DNA from: Rhodothermales bacterium
GTDB lineage: Bacteria > Bacteroidota > Rhodothermia > Rhodothermales > BA12
Reading direction: 5' to 3'
Length of the DNA: 64,000 bases
Assembly: GCA_963793245.1 (NCBI GenBank)
Contig: CAWBZG010000002.1
Span: 716,973 to 780,972, forward strand
The notes below the pieces were generated by a model. The model worked only from the letters and a program-made list of their open reading frames with translations, searched no databases and was not told where the DNA came from. Shown piece by piece: positions 20,227 through 30,603 of the stretch. Both the position numbers and the translations under genes were made by a program. Every line of letters begins with the position of its first letter. The stretch's first letter is position 1.

Positions 20227-22959
20227 CATCGTCCATCGGACGGCCCATGCGAACGAGCGAGGCAGGCTGTAACGTGTCACAGGCTTGTAGACTGCATTTT
20301 CGCCATAGTACGCGCCGTTCCCGACAAACTGCCGTTCTACTTCGTTAGCTCGTCCAAACGCGTTGAGCAAATTGCACCGGACCTGAACCGAAGAGCGACC
20401 TAAAGGAAGGGTATACGCCGCACTTATGTCCAGTTGGTGGAGCGTGGAAAGTCGGTTTGCCTCGGGGTTTTCCAGGTCGAATTGTTGAACGTGCCGCTCG
20501 ATAGCCTCTTGTCGATAGGATGGAATAGAGCCTAGTACGCGGTCGTCGGTGCCTGCGAGAAAGTCGTAGTACGACTGCCGAAACGCCCAGCTACGCCCAA
20601 ACACGCTCGTCCACCGGGCGGCGGTACTGACGCGAGGTGCCACTTGCGCGTCGATGCGTCCGAGGATACGGCCCGGTTCGTTCCATGGGACCACGATGTC
20701 GCGGCGTCCCTCGAACGAATTGGACTCGCCGCGTACGGTTCGGCTGAATTCATAGCGCAGTGATGCGGCGACGCGCTCGGTCGTACGATCGACGCCAAAC
20801 GAATATCCTCTCGCGAACCCACGTGCGCGTCGGAGAAACGAGGATTGGCGTGTCAGTCCGCCTGAGTCGGGAGGGATGGAGTAGTCAATGTCGTAGAGGC
20901 GGTCGAGAAACTTGTAAAACCCATCTGCGGATACGCGCCAGTGCGTGACTGGGCGAAAAGCGAACTCACTCGCGATGTGATAAGCGCCTGTCGGCAACCG
21001 GTCCGGGTCGACCGAAATCCAAACTGTGCTAGCCGAAGCGAGTGTCGTCACACTGCGCGAACTGACTCGATATTGACTCACAAACTGGAGGTAGCGACCG
21101 GCACTCGTGCGCAGCCGTGCGGGACCTATCGGCGTTCGTGGAAGGTCGAGTTCGATGGAGGCGCGTGGCTCGTAGTATATCGCGCGACCGGCTGGAACGT
21201 ACGTCGTCCGTAGCCCCAGGTCGGTCGCCAAAAAGGACCACAACGGGATGCGCAAGTTGACGTACGAACTCAGGCGAGCGCTGCTCATTACGTTGCGCAG
21301 CCGGTTTGACCCGCTAGTCGAGAAGCGAGCCGTCGTAAAGGTGAAGTCTTGGCTGGTATATGTGGGCACAAAACCAGCCTCTACGTACGCACCACGCCCC
21401 AGCGCGTGATCTACGGTTACCTCGGCGCCGACCTCCGAGATCGTGTTGCCATCGTCCGCAGGAACGATGACGTTGCCCTCAGAAACAGGTATGCGATGGC
21501 TCTGCTCGAACGACGTGCCCCGCACTTGGAAGCTAACGAAGGTTCGGTCGCCGATGAACGTAGTGTACCGGGCTTGCATCATGCTTGACGCCCATTCGTA
21601 TTTGTCGAGTCGACGCTCCGTCGTGATCCCTTCGGTTTCGAGCGAGCGCTGTGATAGGTATGCCGACACGTGCAGGTGGCGAAGCGGTCCGGGCGCCCAC
21701 CGCAGGGCGGCGTTCACGTCTGCAAAACTGAGAGAAGGTTCGCGACGCTCGATTTGGCTGTTGGGCACGAGATACGCGAGTAGCGAATCTTGGCTGAGCA
21801 GCAACGGACTGACGTCATCAAGGAAAGGCGGCTCCTCGAATGCGGTCTGGATCAATGCGTCGGGAATGTTCTGCTGGCGAAGGACTGTGCGCGCACCCGG
21901 CTGGCGATAGAGCGACCAGATACCAACACGTCCACTCGCCATCGTACGTACTGAAGCGCCGTCGCCGAGCGACGAACTGTAGCGATGGCGCAAGCTCGTG
22001 CTCAACGCATCGAGTTGGGTGTCGAATTGGTGGCCGGGTCGAGACGCCAAGTCGTGATCCAGTTCGATAATGCCGACGGTGTTGCTGCTCGGCTGCACGC
22101 CGAACCCCGCCTTCTTGACGCGCATCCGCCCGACGGCAAGCGGACTGAACGCTCCGATTTGTCCGGTCAGCGTTGGCGGTGCAAAAATGGGCACGCCGTC
22201 GAGCGTCACCTGGTGCTCGCCTGCTCCACCACCCTGAATGTGCACGTCCGCCGTCGCATGATTGGTGCTGACTCCGCTCAGTCCGCTGAAATCCACACGA
22301 GAAGGAACGGCGTCGACCGACGCAAACGAGCGTTGGTCGGCGATAGCGGAGATCGTCAGTCCGTCGATGACGAGGGGCGAGACGGTATAATTGACGCGCT
22401 CCATATCTGCTTCATACCGGCTACTTCCTCCAGGCAGCACCTCGATCGTGTCGCGCCGCGATTGGTAACCGATATAGGAGACGAGAACACCATACCGACC
22501 GGGCGGGAGACCAGCGAAAACGAACTGTCCATCGGTGTTCGTTGCTGCGCCTCGCGTCGTTCGTGCGATCAGCAACACAGACGCTTCGGCAAGGCCCAAG
22601 CTACTCCGAGCATCGCGGACGACGCCTACCAGCGTGCCCTCACGCGTTTCCTCTCGGGCCACCCGGCGGATGACGTACGCGCCGTTCGATAGGCGAACGA
22701 AGTCCAGTCCGCTTCCGCGCAGCAAACAGGTGAGGGCTTCCTCTGCTGCCACGTTCTCGGCTACGCAGTAGCTCCGCACCTTGTCGACGAGGGAGGGGTC
22801 ATAGGCCAAGTCCAACTCGGCATAGCGAGCGAACTGGGTCAGCGCCTGAGCTAGCGGTTCGCCCCGAACCGCCAGGGTGAACTGCCCACTCGTCTGCGCG
22901 CTAGCGGCCTGGACGAACAGAAAGGCACACGCGAGGGCGAGAAGGCGGCGAGCGAGCAT
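20221..22959 (-). CDS. TonB-dependent receptor with N-terminal STN signalling domain and CarboxypepD_reg domain (FecA-like transducer)
   Basis: 912 aa with a signal peptide. The STN region is LDLAYDPSLV...LLRGSGLDFVRLSNGAYVIRR. The carboxypeptidase-regulatory-like block is GTLVGVVRD...DGQFVFAGLPPGRYGVLVSYIGYQS. The barrel ends in ...VRWTML. Confidence 0.9.
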   Translation of the reverse strand: MLARRLLALACAFLFVQAASAQTSGQFTLAVRGEPLAQALTQFARYAELDLAYDPSLVDKVRSYCVAENVAAEEALTCLLRGSGLDFVRLSNGAYVIRRVAREETREGTLVGVVRDARSSLGLAEASVLLIARTTRGAATNTDGQFVFAGLPPGRYGVLVSYIGYQSRRDTIEVLPGGSSRYEADMERVNYTVSPLVIDGLTISAIADQRSFASVDAVPSRVDFSGLSGVSTNHATADVHIQGGGAGEHQVTLDGVPIFAPPTLTGQIGAFSPLAVGRMRVKKAGFGVQPSSNTVGIIELDHDLASRPGHQFDTQLDALSTSLRHRYSSSLGDGASVRTMASGRVGIWSLYRQPGARTVLRQQNIPDALIQTAFEEPPFLDDVSPLLLSQDSLLAYLVPNSQIERREPSLSFADVNAALRWAPGPLRHLHVSAYLSQRSLETEGITTERRLDKYEWASSMMQARYTTFIGDRTFVSFQVRGTSFEQSHRIPVSEGNVIVPADDGNTISEVGAEVTVDHALGRGAYVEAGFVPTYTSQDFTFTTARFSTSGSNRLRNVMSSARLSSYVNLRIPLWSFLATDLGLRTTYVPAGRAIYYEPRASIELDLPRTPIGPARLRTSAGRYLQFVSQYRVSSRSVTTLASASTVWISVDPDRLPTGAYHIASEFAFRPVTHWRVSADGFYKFLDRLYDIDYSIPPDSGGLTRQSSFLRRARGFARGYSFGVDRTTERVAASLRYEFSRTVRGESNSFEGRRDIVVPWNEPGRILGRIDAQVAPRVSTAARWTSVFGRSWAFRQSYYDFLAGTDDRVLGSIPSYRQEAIERHVQQFDLENPEANRLSTLHQLDISAAYTLPLGRSSVQVRCNLLNAFGRANEVERQFVGNGAYYGENAVYKPVTRYSLPRSFAWAVRWTML

Positions 22960-23007
22960 AGATCGAGAGCATCTGATAGCGAAGATAGTCGCCCGCTCAC
23001 CGTCTAC

Positions 23008-23930
23008 TCATCTGCGGTACAACTCGTAGCCGTTCGCCGTCTCGCGGTAACCCAAGTCTTTCGTCGCCGATACGGTTTCGAGGACTGACTCGGCGTTTCG
23101 GACTTCGCGCTGAGCGAAGGTGATACGTTCGTCCGAGAGGTCATCGCTCAGCGTGATCGTGATGCCGAACGCCTGCCCGACTTCATCGGCGAGTTGCGTC
23201 ATCGCCACGTCGTTCAGATCGAATGAGCGAGCAGCACGCTCGATCTGAGGTCCGTTCGAACCGAGTGTCGCCGCGTCGCCTTGGAGCAATTCGGCGACTT
23301 TCGTTCCTTGTGCATCCGCTACAGCGACGCGTCCAGATGCGACTTGGACGGACGTTTCAGATGCGTCGGACGCGACGGTGAACGAGGTGCCCAAAACGGA
23401 AACCGTCGCATTGGGCGTCGTGATGTGCATCGGACGGTTTTCGTCGCGTGCTACATCGAAGAACGCCGTGCCTTCGAGTGTGAGCGGGCGATCCGTCGAC
23501 CAGTCGCCTTGGCTTAGTGTGGCGCCGGGTTCGAGGGTGACGACCGTGCCGTCAGAGAGCGTAACGACCTGCGTCGTCGTGCCAGCGGTGTAGACGGTCG
23601 AGGCGGAATCGTCCGGTCCTATCAGGTAGAGACCGGCAAAGGCAAGCAGGGCGATGGCTGCAAATGCTCCAGCCCACATCGGCATCCGGCGAGCGGATGA
23701 GCGTTGTGCGACACGGGGTGAGCGGTCGGCGGCTCTGCGCTGGGATGCTCGGCGTACCGGGGCGCCGTCGACCTGCATCGTGGCCTGAATCGCGGCCCAA
23801 CCACGCGCTTTGGCGGCGGCGTCGGGGGCGGGAGCGATAGGCTCGGGGAGCGAGCGCCATACGCGTTCGGCGTCGATACGCGATCCGCGTGGAGTTCGTC
23901 GCGGACATCGGTGGGAAGGAGTTCAGACAT
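23008..23930 (-). pseudogene. FecR-family anti-sigma factor, one frame shift near 23880 as sequenced
   Basis: ATG 23930-23928 overlaps the sigma-factor stop (ATGTCTGA). MSELLPTDVRDELHADR then continues in another frame as IDAERVWRSLPEP...AAIQATMQVDG..., followed by the TM segment MWAGAFAAIALLAFAGLYLI and a FecR periplasmic domain. Confidence 0.75.
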
Positions 23931-24504
23931 AGGAGAAAGCGTCGGAGTCGAACGCGTTGAGTTTACTTCGGAGTTGCTGGAGTGCCAGCACGATGTGGTT
24001 GTTGACCGTCTTGGGGGTGAGGCCCATCGCCGTGGCGATTTCCTCATGGCTCAGCCCCTCGAACCGGCTTAGACGAAAGGCTTCGCGTCTGCGAGGCGGT
24101 AGCTCTTCGATCCAGGCGTGGATGTTGGATTCGAGGTCATCGGCGGCCAGGTCAGCCAGTGTCGTGGAGTCGATGGAGGGTTCGTAGAGAATATCCTCGT
24201 CGTCGATTGAGTTGTGCGTGTGGCGTTTGCGGCTGCGCTGATGATTGAGTGCAAAATTGCGCGCCATCTGGTACATCAGGGCTTTGAGCGAGCGCTCGGG
24301 ATCGGCTTTTTCCCGGATCGACCAGAGTTTGATGTAGAGTTCTTGGAGGACGTCTTCGGTGGCAGGCTTGCTGCGCGTGATGAACCAGACGAATCGGTGA
24401 AGCGCGTCGTACGTCTTGTCGTAGAGATCCGCATACGCGTTCTGATCGGAACGCTGCAAGGCGTAGCTCCACTCGACGAACTGTTGGGGTGCGAGGTCGC
24501 GCAT
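23923..24504 (-). CDS. ECF-type RNA polymerase sigma-70 factor
   Basis: ATG at 24504. Region 2 is LYDKTYDALHRFVWFITRSKPATEDVLQELYIKLW and region 4 is LPPRRREAFRLSRFEGLSHEEIATAMGLTPKTVNNHI. Confidence 0.85.
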   Translation of the reverse strand: MRDLAPQQFVEWSYALQRSDQNAYADLYDKTYDALHRFVWFITRSKPATEDVLQELYIKLWSIREKADPERSLKALMYQMARNFALNHQRSRKRHTHNSIDDEDILYEPSIDSTTLADLAADDLESNIHAWIEELPPRRREAFRLSRFEGLSHEEIATAMGLTPKTVNNHIVLALQQLRSKLNAFDSDAFSYV

Positions 24505-24689
24505 GACGAGAGTGGGTTGCGTGTAGTACAAGAATAGTCGTTCGGACACCCAATCCCCACCGCTTATGTACCGCGCGGAAGGAGAAGAGGGGGAACCGGC
24601 CGTTTGAGGCGCCGATTCCAAACTCAGACTCGTAGCGCGCCCGGACATACCTTCTGCCGCCGACTTTTTTCTCGACTCGACCGCCGTAC

Positions 24690-26486
24690 ATGCCCAGCCG
24701 CTTAAGAAACTTCTGCATCATCGCTCACATCGACCACGGCAAGAGCACGCTGGCCGATCGTCTGCTCGAAATGACGGGCACGCTCTCGAAACGCGACATG
24801 CAGGCCCAGGTGCTCGATTCGATGGATCTGGAGCGCGAGCGCGGTATCACGATCAAGAGCCACGCCATCCGGATGGACTATAAGTCGCCGAGTGGGGAGA
24901 ACTACGTGTTCAACCTGATCGATACGCCAGGTCACGTCGACTTTACCTACGAAGTGTCGCGTGCGCTCGAAGCCTGCGAAGGCGCCATTTTGGTCGTCGA
25001 CGCGGCGCAAGGGATTGAGGCGCAGACGATTTCGAACCTCTACCTCGCGCTGGCGCAAGACCTGGAGATCATTCCCGTCTTGAACAAAGTCGACCTGCCC
25101 GGCGCGCGGCCCGATGTCGTCGCGCAAACTATCGAAGACCTGATCGGCGATCCAGCTGAGTCGATCCTGCACATCTCGGCCAAGACCGGCGAGGGCGTCG
25201 ACAAACTGCTCGAACGCATCGTCGAGCGCATCCCGCCGCCGACCGGCGATCCCGATGCGCCCCTCAAAGCCGTGATCTTCGACTCAGTTTTCAACACGTA
25301 CCGCGGCGCCATCGCCTACACGCGCATCTTTCAAGGCACGCTCAAAAAGGGTGACCCAATCACGTTCATGTCGAACAAGATGCAGTACCATGCCGAAGAG
25401 ATCGGCGTGCTGCGGATGTCGATGCAGCCGGTCGACCAACTGACCGTCGGCGAGGTCGGCTACGTCATCGGCAGCGTCAAAGACGTGCGCGACACTAGGG
25501 TCGGCGACACGATCACGCACACCAAACGTCCGGCCAGCGAACCCGTCAGCGGTTTCGTCGAGGTTAAGCCGATGGTGTTTTCGGGCGTCTATCCGACCAA
25601 CACGGACGAGTTCGAGGACCTGCGCGCCTCGCTCGACAAGTTGAGGCTCAACGACGCGGCGCTGACGTATGAACCTGAGACGAGCGCCGCACTTGGCTTC
25701 GGCTTCCGCGTCGGCTTCCTCGGGCTGCTCCACATGGAGATTGTCCAGGAGCGGCTGGACCGCGAGTTCGGACTCGACATCATCACGACGGTCCCCAACG
25801 TGAAATACGAGATCGACCGGACCGACGGCACGCACGACGTGATCGAGAATCCGTCCGAGATGCCGGATCCGGGTAGACTGGCTGAGATCCGCGAACCCAT
25901 CGTCAAGGCCGACATCATCACGCCGACCGAGTATATCGGCAACCTGATGCAGTTGTGCCAGGACCGCAGAGGCGTCTACCTCAACACAACGTACCTCGAC
26001 CCCGAGCGCGTGTCGCTCCAGTACGAGTTGCCGCTGGCCGAGATCGTGTTCGACTTCTACGACCGCCTGAAGAGCGTCAGCCGCGGCTATGCGTCGTTCG
26101 ACTACGAGTTCTTGGAGTATCGCAGCAGCAAGCTCGACAAGCTCGACGTGCTCATCAACGGCGATCCGGTCGACGCGCTCTCGACCATCGTCCACCGCGA
26201 CAAGGCGTACGACATGGGCCGCAAGCTGACGCAGAAGCTGCGCGAACTCATCCCGCGGCAGATGTTCGAAGTTGCGTTGCAGGCCGCTATCGGAAGCCGC
26301 ATCATCGCGCGCGAAACCGTTCGGGCGATGCGCAAGGACGTGACGGCGAAGTGTTACGGCGGCGACATCAGCCGTAAACGCAAACTGCTCGAGAAGCAGA
26401 AAGAAGGCAAGAAGCGGATGAAGCAGGTCGGCTCAGTCGAGGTGCCGCAAGAGGCGTTCTTGGCTGTTCTGTCGATGAACGATTAG
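24690..26486 (+). CDS. lepA: translation elongation factor 4 (LepA)
   Basis: 598 aa with [34 protein letters not shown] and the LepA-specific C-terminus. Confidence 0.97.
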   Translation: MPSRLRNFCIIAHIDHGKSTLADRLLEMTGTLSKRDMQAQVLDSMDLERERGITIKSHAIRMDYKSPSGENYVFNLIDTPGHVDFTYEVSRALEACEGAILVVDAAQGIEAQTISNLYLALAQDLEIIPVLNKVDLPGARPDVVAQTIEDLIGDPAESILHISAKTGEGVDKLLERIVERIPPPTGDPDAPLKAVIFDSVFNTYRGAIAYTRIFQGTLKKGDPITFMSNKMQYHAEEIGVLRMSMQPVDQLTVGEVGYVIGSVKDVRDTRVGDTITHTKRPASEPVSGFVEVKPMVFSGVYPTNTDEFEDLRASLDKLRLNDAALTYEPETSAALGFGFRVGFLGLLHMEIVQERLDREFGLDIITTVPNVKYEIDRTDGTHDVIENPSEMPDPGRLAEIREPIVKADIITPTEYIGNLMQLCQDRRGVYLNTTYLDPERVSLQYELPLAEIVFDFYDRLKSVSRGYASFDYEFLEYRSSKLDKLDVLINGDPVDALSTIVHRDKAYDMGRKLTQKLRELIPRQMFEVALQAAIGSRIIARETVRAMRKDVTAKCYGGDISRKRKLLEKQKEGKKRMKQVGSVEVPQEAFLAVLSMND

Positions 26487-26490
26487 GCAG

Positions 26491-27375
26491 GTGCGGGCGA
26501 CTCGACGTGCTCTCATCGCAGGTCCGTCAGGATTCCGGCTTGGTGCTGCGATCTGTGCTCTGCTGGTGATTTCTGGACTGCCTTGCCAGGCACAGACGAC
26601 CGCGGATTCGGCTGCCGTGTCGCCGACGGCGCGGCTGCTTTCGCGGCTGGCTACGCAGCGTTTTGATCGCCACGCACGGCGTCTGATTACGGCGACGGGG
26701 GAGCGTCCGAAGACGATGCCGCTCGCGACGTTTCCGGTAGTAGATAGTATGCTGGCTATACTGTCTCCGCCAGCCGAGCCAATCGCGGTCGACACTGTCC
26801 CGCCTATTCCGCCGTTTGTGGTGTGGGACGTGCAGGCGGTCCGCAAGCTGTCGCGGGCATGGTTCGAGGAGCAGTTCGCAGGTACGCGATGGGCATATTT
26901 GGGCAGCGAGCGCATCACGTCGCTCGACACAACGCGGACGTGGCGGCTGCGCGGGGTTCTGGAGTCCAAGTACGGCCGCCCGACCGAGACGGTCGTCGAA
27001 AAGGGACTGGAAGCGCGCGAAAACGGCGAGTCGCTCAACGTGAGTTCGAGCCTGCAGTTCGGCTACTGGTTCGTCGTCAACGGCACCATTCCGGTCGTGG
27101 TAACGGATGTGGCAGGGCCGCTCGACCGAGGGTTGGTGATGGCGAGCGACGCCGATCTAGGCGAGCAGCAGTTGCGTGGACTGCGGGCGGCTCTACTCGA
27201 ACCCCTCGCTCAGACTGCTCAAGATGCGAGTTCGTTTGCCGAGCACGTTGATCTGTTCTTCGACGCCGAGGCCGGGCGCTGGTATCAGGCGGGGTACGAT
27301 GGAACGCGCTTCCGAATCGAGTCGATTTCGACCCCTAACTTGCGTCTCGGTCGCCCGTACCGCTTCTCCGACTAA
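26491..27375 (+). CDS. secreted hypothetical protein
   Basis: 294 aa with the signal-like N-terminus RLGAAICALLVISGLPCQAQ. Coding-like composition; no family recognised. Confidence 0.55.
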   Translation: MRATRRALIAGPSGFRLGAAICALLVISGLPCQAQTTADSAAVSPTARLLSRLATQRFDRHARRLITATGERPKTMPLATFPVVDSMLAILSPPAEPIAVDTVPPIPPFVVWDVQAVRKLSRAWFEEQFAGTRWAYLGSERITSLDTTRTWRLRGVLESKYGRPTETVVEKGLEARENGESLNVSSSLQFGYWFVVNGTIPVVVTDVAGPLDRGLVMASDADLGEQQLRGLRAALLEPLAQTAQDASSFAEHVDLFFDAEAGRWYQAGYDGTRFRIESISTPNLRLGRPYRFSD

Positions 27376-27387
27376 CCGCTCTCTCCC

Positions 27388-28538
27388 TTGGCCCTTTCGC
27401 CTGCCGACAAACGCCGCGCCCGTCGCGCCGACCGCAAACGCGCCGCCGATTCAGAGGAAGGCACTACGCCCGACAAGGACGGCAAGCCGCCGCGCAAAAA
27501 AGGACCGATCCGTGAGTGGTTTGAGACCGTCGCCATCGCGCTCGCCGTGATGATCTTCGTCCGTACGCTGCTCGTCGACCAGTTTCGGATTCCGTCTGAG
27601 TCGATGGAGCACAGCCTGCTCGTCGGTGACTTCCTGTTCGTCAGCAAACTGCACTACGGCACGCGGACGCCTATTTCAGTAGGGATTCCGTTCACGCGCA
27701 TCCACATTCCCGGTCTGGAACTGCCTGGCACGCGGATGCCCGGTTTCAGCGAACCCCAACGCGGCGACGCGCTGGTCTTCAACTGGCCCGTCGACGAAGG
27801 CGTCCCCATCGACCGCAAAACGCACTATATCAAACGCTTGGTCGCCGTCCCCGGCGACACGCTGTCGATTGTAGATGGCACCGTATTGATCGACGGCGAG
27901 GCGTTACCCGAAGTGCAAGGGAGCCAGTTCATGTACTTCGCGCTCAAGAAGGATCCGCGGACGCGCATCTCGCCCAATCGCCTCGAAGAATTAGGCGTGG
28001 CCCAAGTGTTGCCGCAGGTAGACCCGGCCTATGTGACTTTCCATGCAACGCCCGAAGTCGCCGAGAAGGTGGCCGAGTTGGTGTACGTAGAGCGCGTCGA
28101 GCGCGTGCGGTCGCCGCAGAAAGGCGAGACGGGATACCTTCCCCGCACGTTTCCCCCGGAGCAGATTGGACGATCCACGACTTCGGCCCCATCGTGCCGC
28201 CGGGCGAAGGCATGACGATCACGTTTACGCCCGAGAACAGCCGCTATCTCGTGCCAACCATCCGCCGCTACGAAGGCGTCGAAGCTACGCGCGCCGCCGA
28301 CGGAAGCGTGACCATCGATGGCAGCCCGGCGCTCCAATACACGTTCGGCCAAGACTACTACTTCGCGATGGGCGACAACCGCGACAACTCCGAGGATAGC
28401 CGCATCTGGGGCTTCGTCCCGATGGATCACGTCGTCGGAAAAGCCGTCCTGATCTATTTCTCGTTCAAGGGATTCCGCGACTTTCCTTTCGTTCGCTTCG
28501 AGCGGATGCTACGTCCTGTTCCTTCGCTTGGCGACTGA
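27388..28538 (+). pseudogene. lepB: signal peptidase I, copy 1, one frame shift near 28165-28175 as sequenced
   Basis: Contains the catalytic Ser box RIPSESMEHSLLVGDFLFVSK and KRLVAVPGDTL. After ...FPPEQI the sequence continues in another frame as WTIHDFGPIVPPGEGMTITF...YYFAMGDNRDNSEDSRIWGFVP (track ORFs 27388..28215 and 28194..28538). Confidence 0.85.
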
Positions 28539-29459
28539 TGGAGATGCGTCGAGGCGTCTGGCGTATCGCTCGCGTGGTCATCGGGGCGTTGCTACTGGCC
28601 TGGGCATTTCGAGCGTGCGTCGCTGAACCGTTTCGGATTCCAAGCGAATCGATGGCGACGACGTTGCTGCCGGGCGATTACGTGCTCGTCAGCAAACTGA
28701 GCTATGGCGGTCTTTTCGAATGGGCCGATCCGCAGCAAGGCGACGTGATCGCGTTTCGGTACCCGCTCGAATCCGATGATCCTCCGGTCTACGTAAAGCG
28801 CATCGCTGGGCTGCCGGGCGACACGGTCGCGCTCTTCGCTAAAGAACTGCGCGTCAACAACCAGCCCACTCCGCTTCCAACCGCAGGACGCATCCGGTGG
28901 CGCGTGACTTCGCTGCCGGGCGATGAACTCCCGCTCGACGCTCCCGCTTTGCGCAGGCTCAATCCGGTCGTCCTAGCGGACACGCTCGCCCTCGTTCACG
29001 CTACTACCGACGAGATCGCAAGTATCCGCGACCTGGCACCCCACCCCGAAGCCGCGCCCGACCTCGTCCTGCGCGGTGCCTCCGGCCCGGCGACGTTTCC
29101 CAATGCCTACGGCTTCTCGCGCGACTTCTACGGCCCACTCCGCGTCCCGGCAAAGGGCGACACCGTCCGTCTCACGCGCCGCACGTGGCCGCTCTACCAG
29201 ACGCTGATCCAACGTCACGAGCGCAGAGCCATCCTGCGCACTCCTTCAGGGTTCGTCGAGAGCGACCAGACCCATCGACCATGTCGTTCTCACCGGCGAT
29301 TACTACTTCGTCCTCGGCGACAACCGCGACGATTCGCAGGACAGCCGCGCTTGGGGCTTCGTCCCGCGCAGTCACGTCGAAGGTCGAGCGTCGCTGATCT
29401 ACTTCTCGTCGGGGAAGAGTGGCGTCCGGTGGAGGAGAATCGGAAGGGCTGTGCGCTGA
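28538..29459 (+). pseudogene. lepB: signal peptidase I, copy 2, one frame shift near 29262-29272 as sequenced
   Basis: Its ATG overlaps the copy-1 stop (TGATG). Contains RIPSESMATTLLPGDYVLVSK and KRIAGLPGDTV. After ...GFVESDQ the conserved IDHVVLTGDYYFVLGDNRDDSQDSRAWGFVPRSHV...RAVR* is in the +1 frame, with its stop at 29457-29459. Confidence 0.8.
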
Positions 29460-29512
29460 GGGGTTACGTACGTCGCAAGTATTCTGGACGGCCTTTCGCT
29501 TCACGGTCGTTT

Positions 29513-29542
29513 CCTGCTGTGTAGGATAGAACGAACAGCAGG
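29513..29542. terminator. hairpin between convergent lepB copy 2 and the L,D-transpeptidase gene
   Basis: CCTGCTGT (29513-29520) pairs with ACAGCAGG (29535-29542) around a 14-nt loop. Confidence 0.45.
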
Positions 29543-29549
29543 GAACGCG

Positions 29550-30515
29550 TCATCGCGAACTCGTGCGCGCTCGGATGCGGTCCCACTGGACCTGCTGCGA
29601 AGTACCCGGCTCTACGTCGTACGGGTCGCTGGGGAGGTCCATCCGCTTGAGGATCGGGTAGCGGCGGCGGTACGTGAACGGGTGCGGGTTGCCATCGGGG
29701 TCGTCGCCCAAGACAAGGACCATCGTTCCTTGCTCGTTGATGCGCGTGCCGATAGAGCTGAAATTGTCGCCCCGGCTGGTCTGCCATGTGTCGGCCCACT
29801 CGTAGATCCAGCGCGCGTCGGCGTCGATCAGGCGGACGCAGCCGTGGCTGGCTGGGCCGCCGGTCGGGAAGGCGTACTGATGGATGTGAATGCCTCTGTC
29901 CTGATGGAAGTTGAGCACCCAGTACATCTCCCACGGCTCGTCGGCGCCTGGGCTGAGCGACGATACACGGTAGGGTTCGCGCCAGTTGAAATTGAACCGA
30001 CCGTTGGGCGTCGGCGACTCTTTGGCTCCCGTGTTCACCGGTCCCCAGCGGGTCAATACGCCGTTTTCGTAGGCCGCGAACGCCTGAATCTCTTTGTGGA
30101 GGATGAACAACTTGTCCAGGTCGCGCGCGCCGACGTAGTAGCGCGGGAAGGGTGAGTAGGCGCGGAAGTCGAGGTTCCAGTCGGTCGGAGCGACGATGGT
30201 ATCGCCAATCTCGAATTCGCTCATCAAGCGTCGGTTGAGCAACTCGACGACCAGCGAGCGCTTCTTGCCCAGTTGTGCGTCGCCCTCACCGATGGTCGAG
30301 TAGAAGATGTTGCGTGCCATCACGTTGTTGTCCGTGCGGTGGCGCAGAATGAAGTAATCGTAGTAGACGTCCGGCAGATCGTCGATATTCTCGGCGCGGA
30401 TGTCCATCAATTCCTCCAGTGCGTCCTGATCGTAGAACGATCCGTCTTGGGCCTGGACTGTCGCGATGGGCAGCGCGAAGCCGAAAAAGAGTAGTAGGGC
30501 GGTAATCCGGGTCAT
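29550..30515 (-). CDS. L,D-transpeptidase (YkuD) domain protein
   Basis: ATG at 30515 gives MTRITALLLFFGFALPIATVQAQ. The catalytic motif is IHIHQYAFPTGGPASHGCVRL. Confidence 0.85.
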   Translation of the reverse strand: MTRITALLLFFGFALPIATVQAQDGSFYDQDALEELMDIRAENIDDLPDVYYDYFILRHRTDNNVMARNIFYSTIGEGDAQLGKKRSLVVELLNRRLMSEFEIGDTIVAPTDWNLDFRAYSPFPRYYVGARDLDKLFILHKEIQAFAAYENGVLTRWGPVNTGAKESPTPNGRFNFNWREPYRVSSLSPGADEPWEMYWVLNFHQDRGIHIHQYAFPTGGPASHGCVRLIDADARWIYEWADTWQTSRGDNFSSIGTRINEQGTMVLVLGDDPDGNPHPFTYRRRYPILKRMDLPSDPYDVEPGTSQQVQWDRIRARTSSR

Positions 30516-30603
30516 GGACGGCCTCGTAAGGCGTTGGGAATGCGTGGCGTACATAGAGCTACCCAAAAATCGCTCCGTCGGTTTCTCTTTGGCGTATGAG
30601 CCA

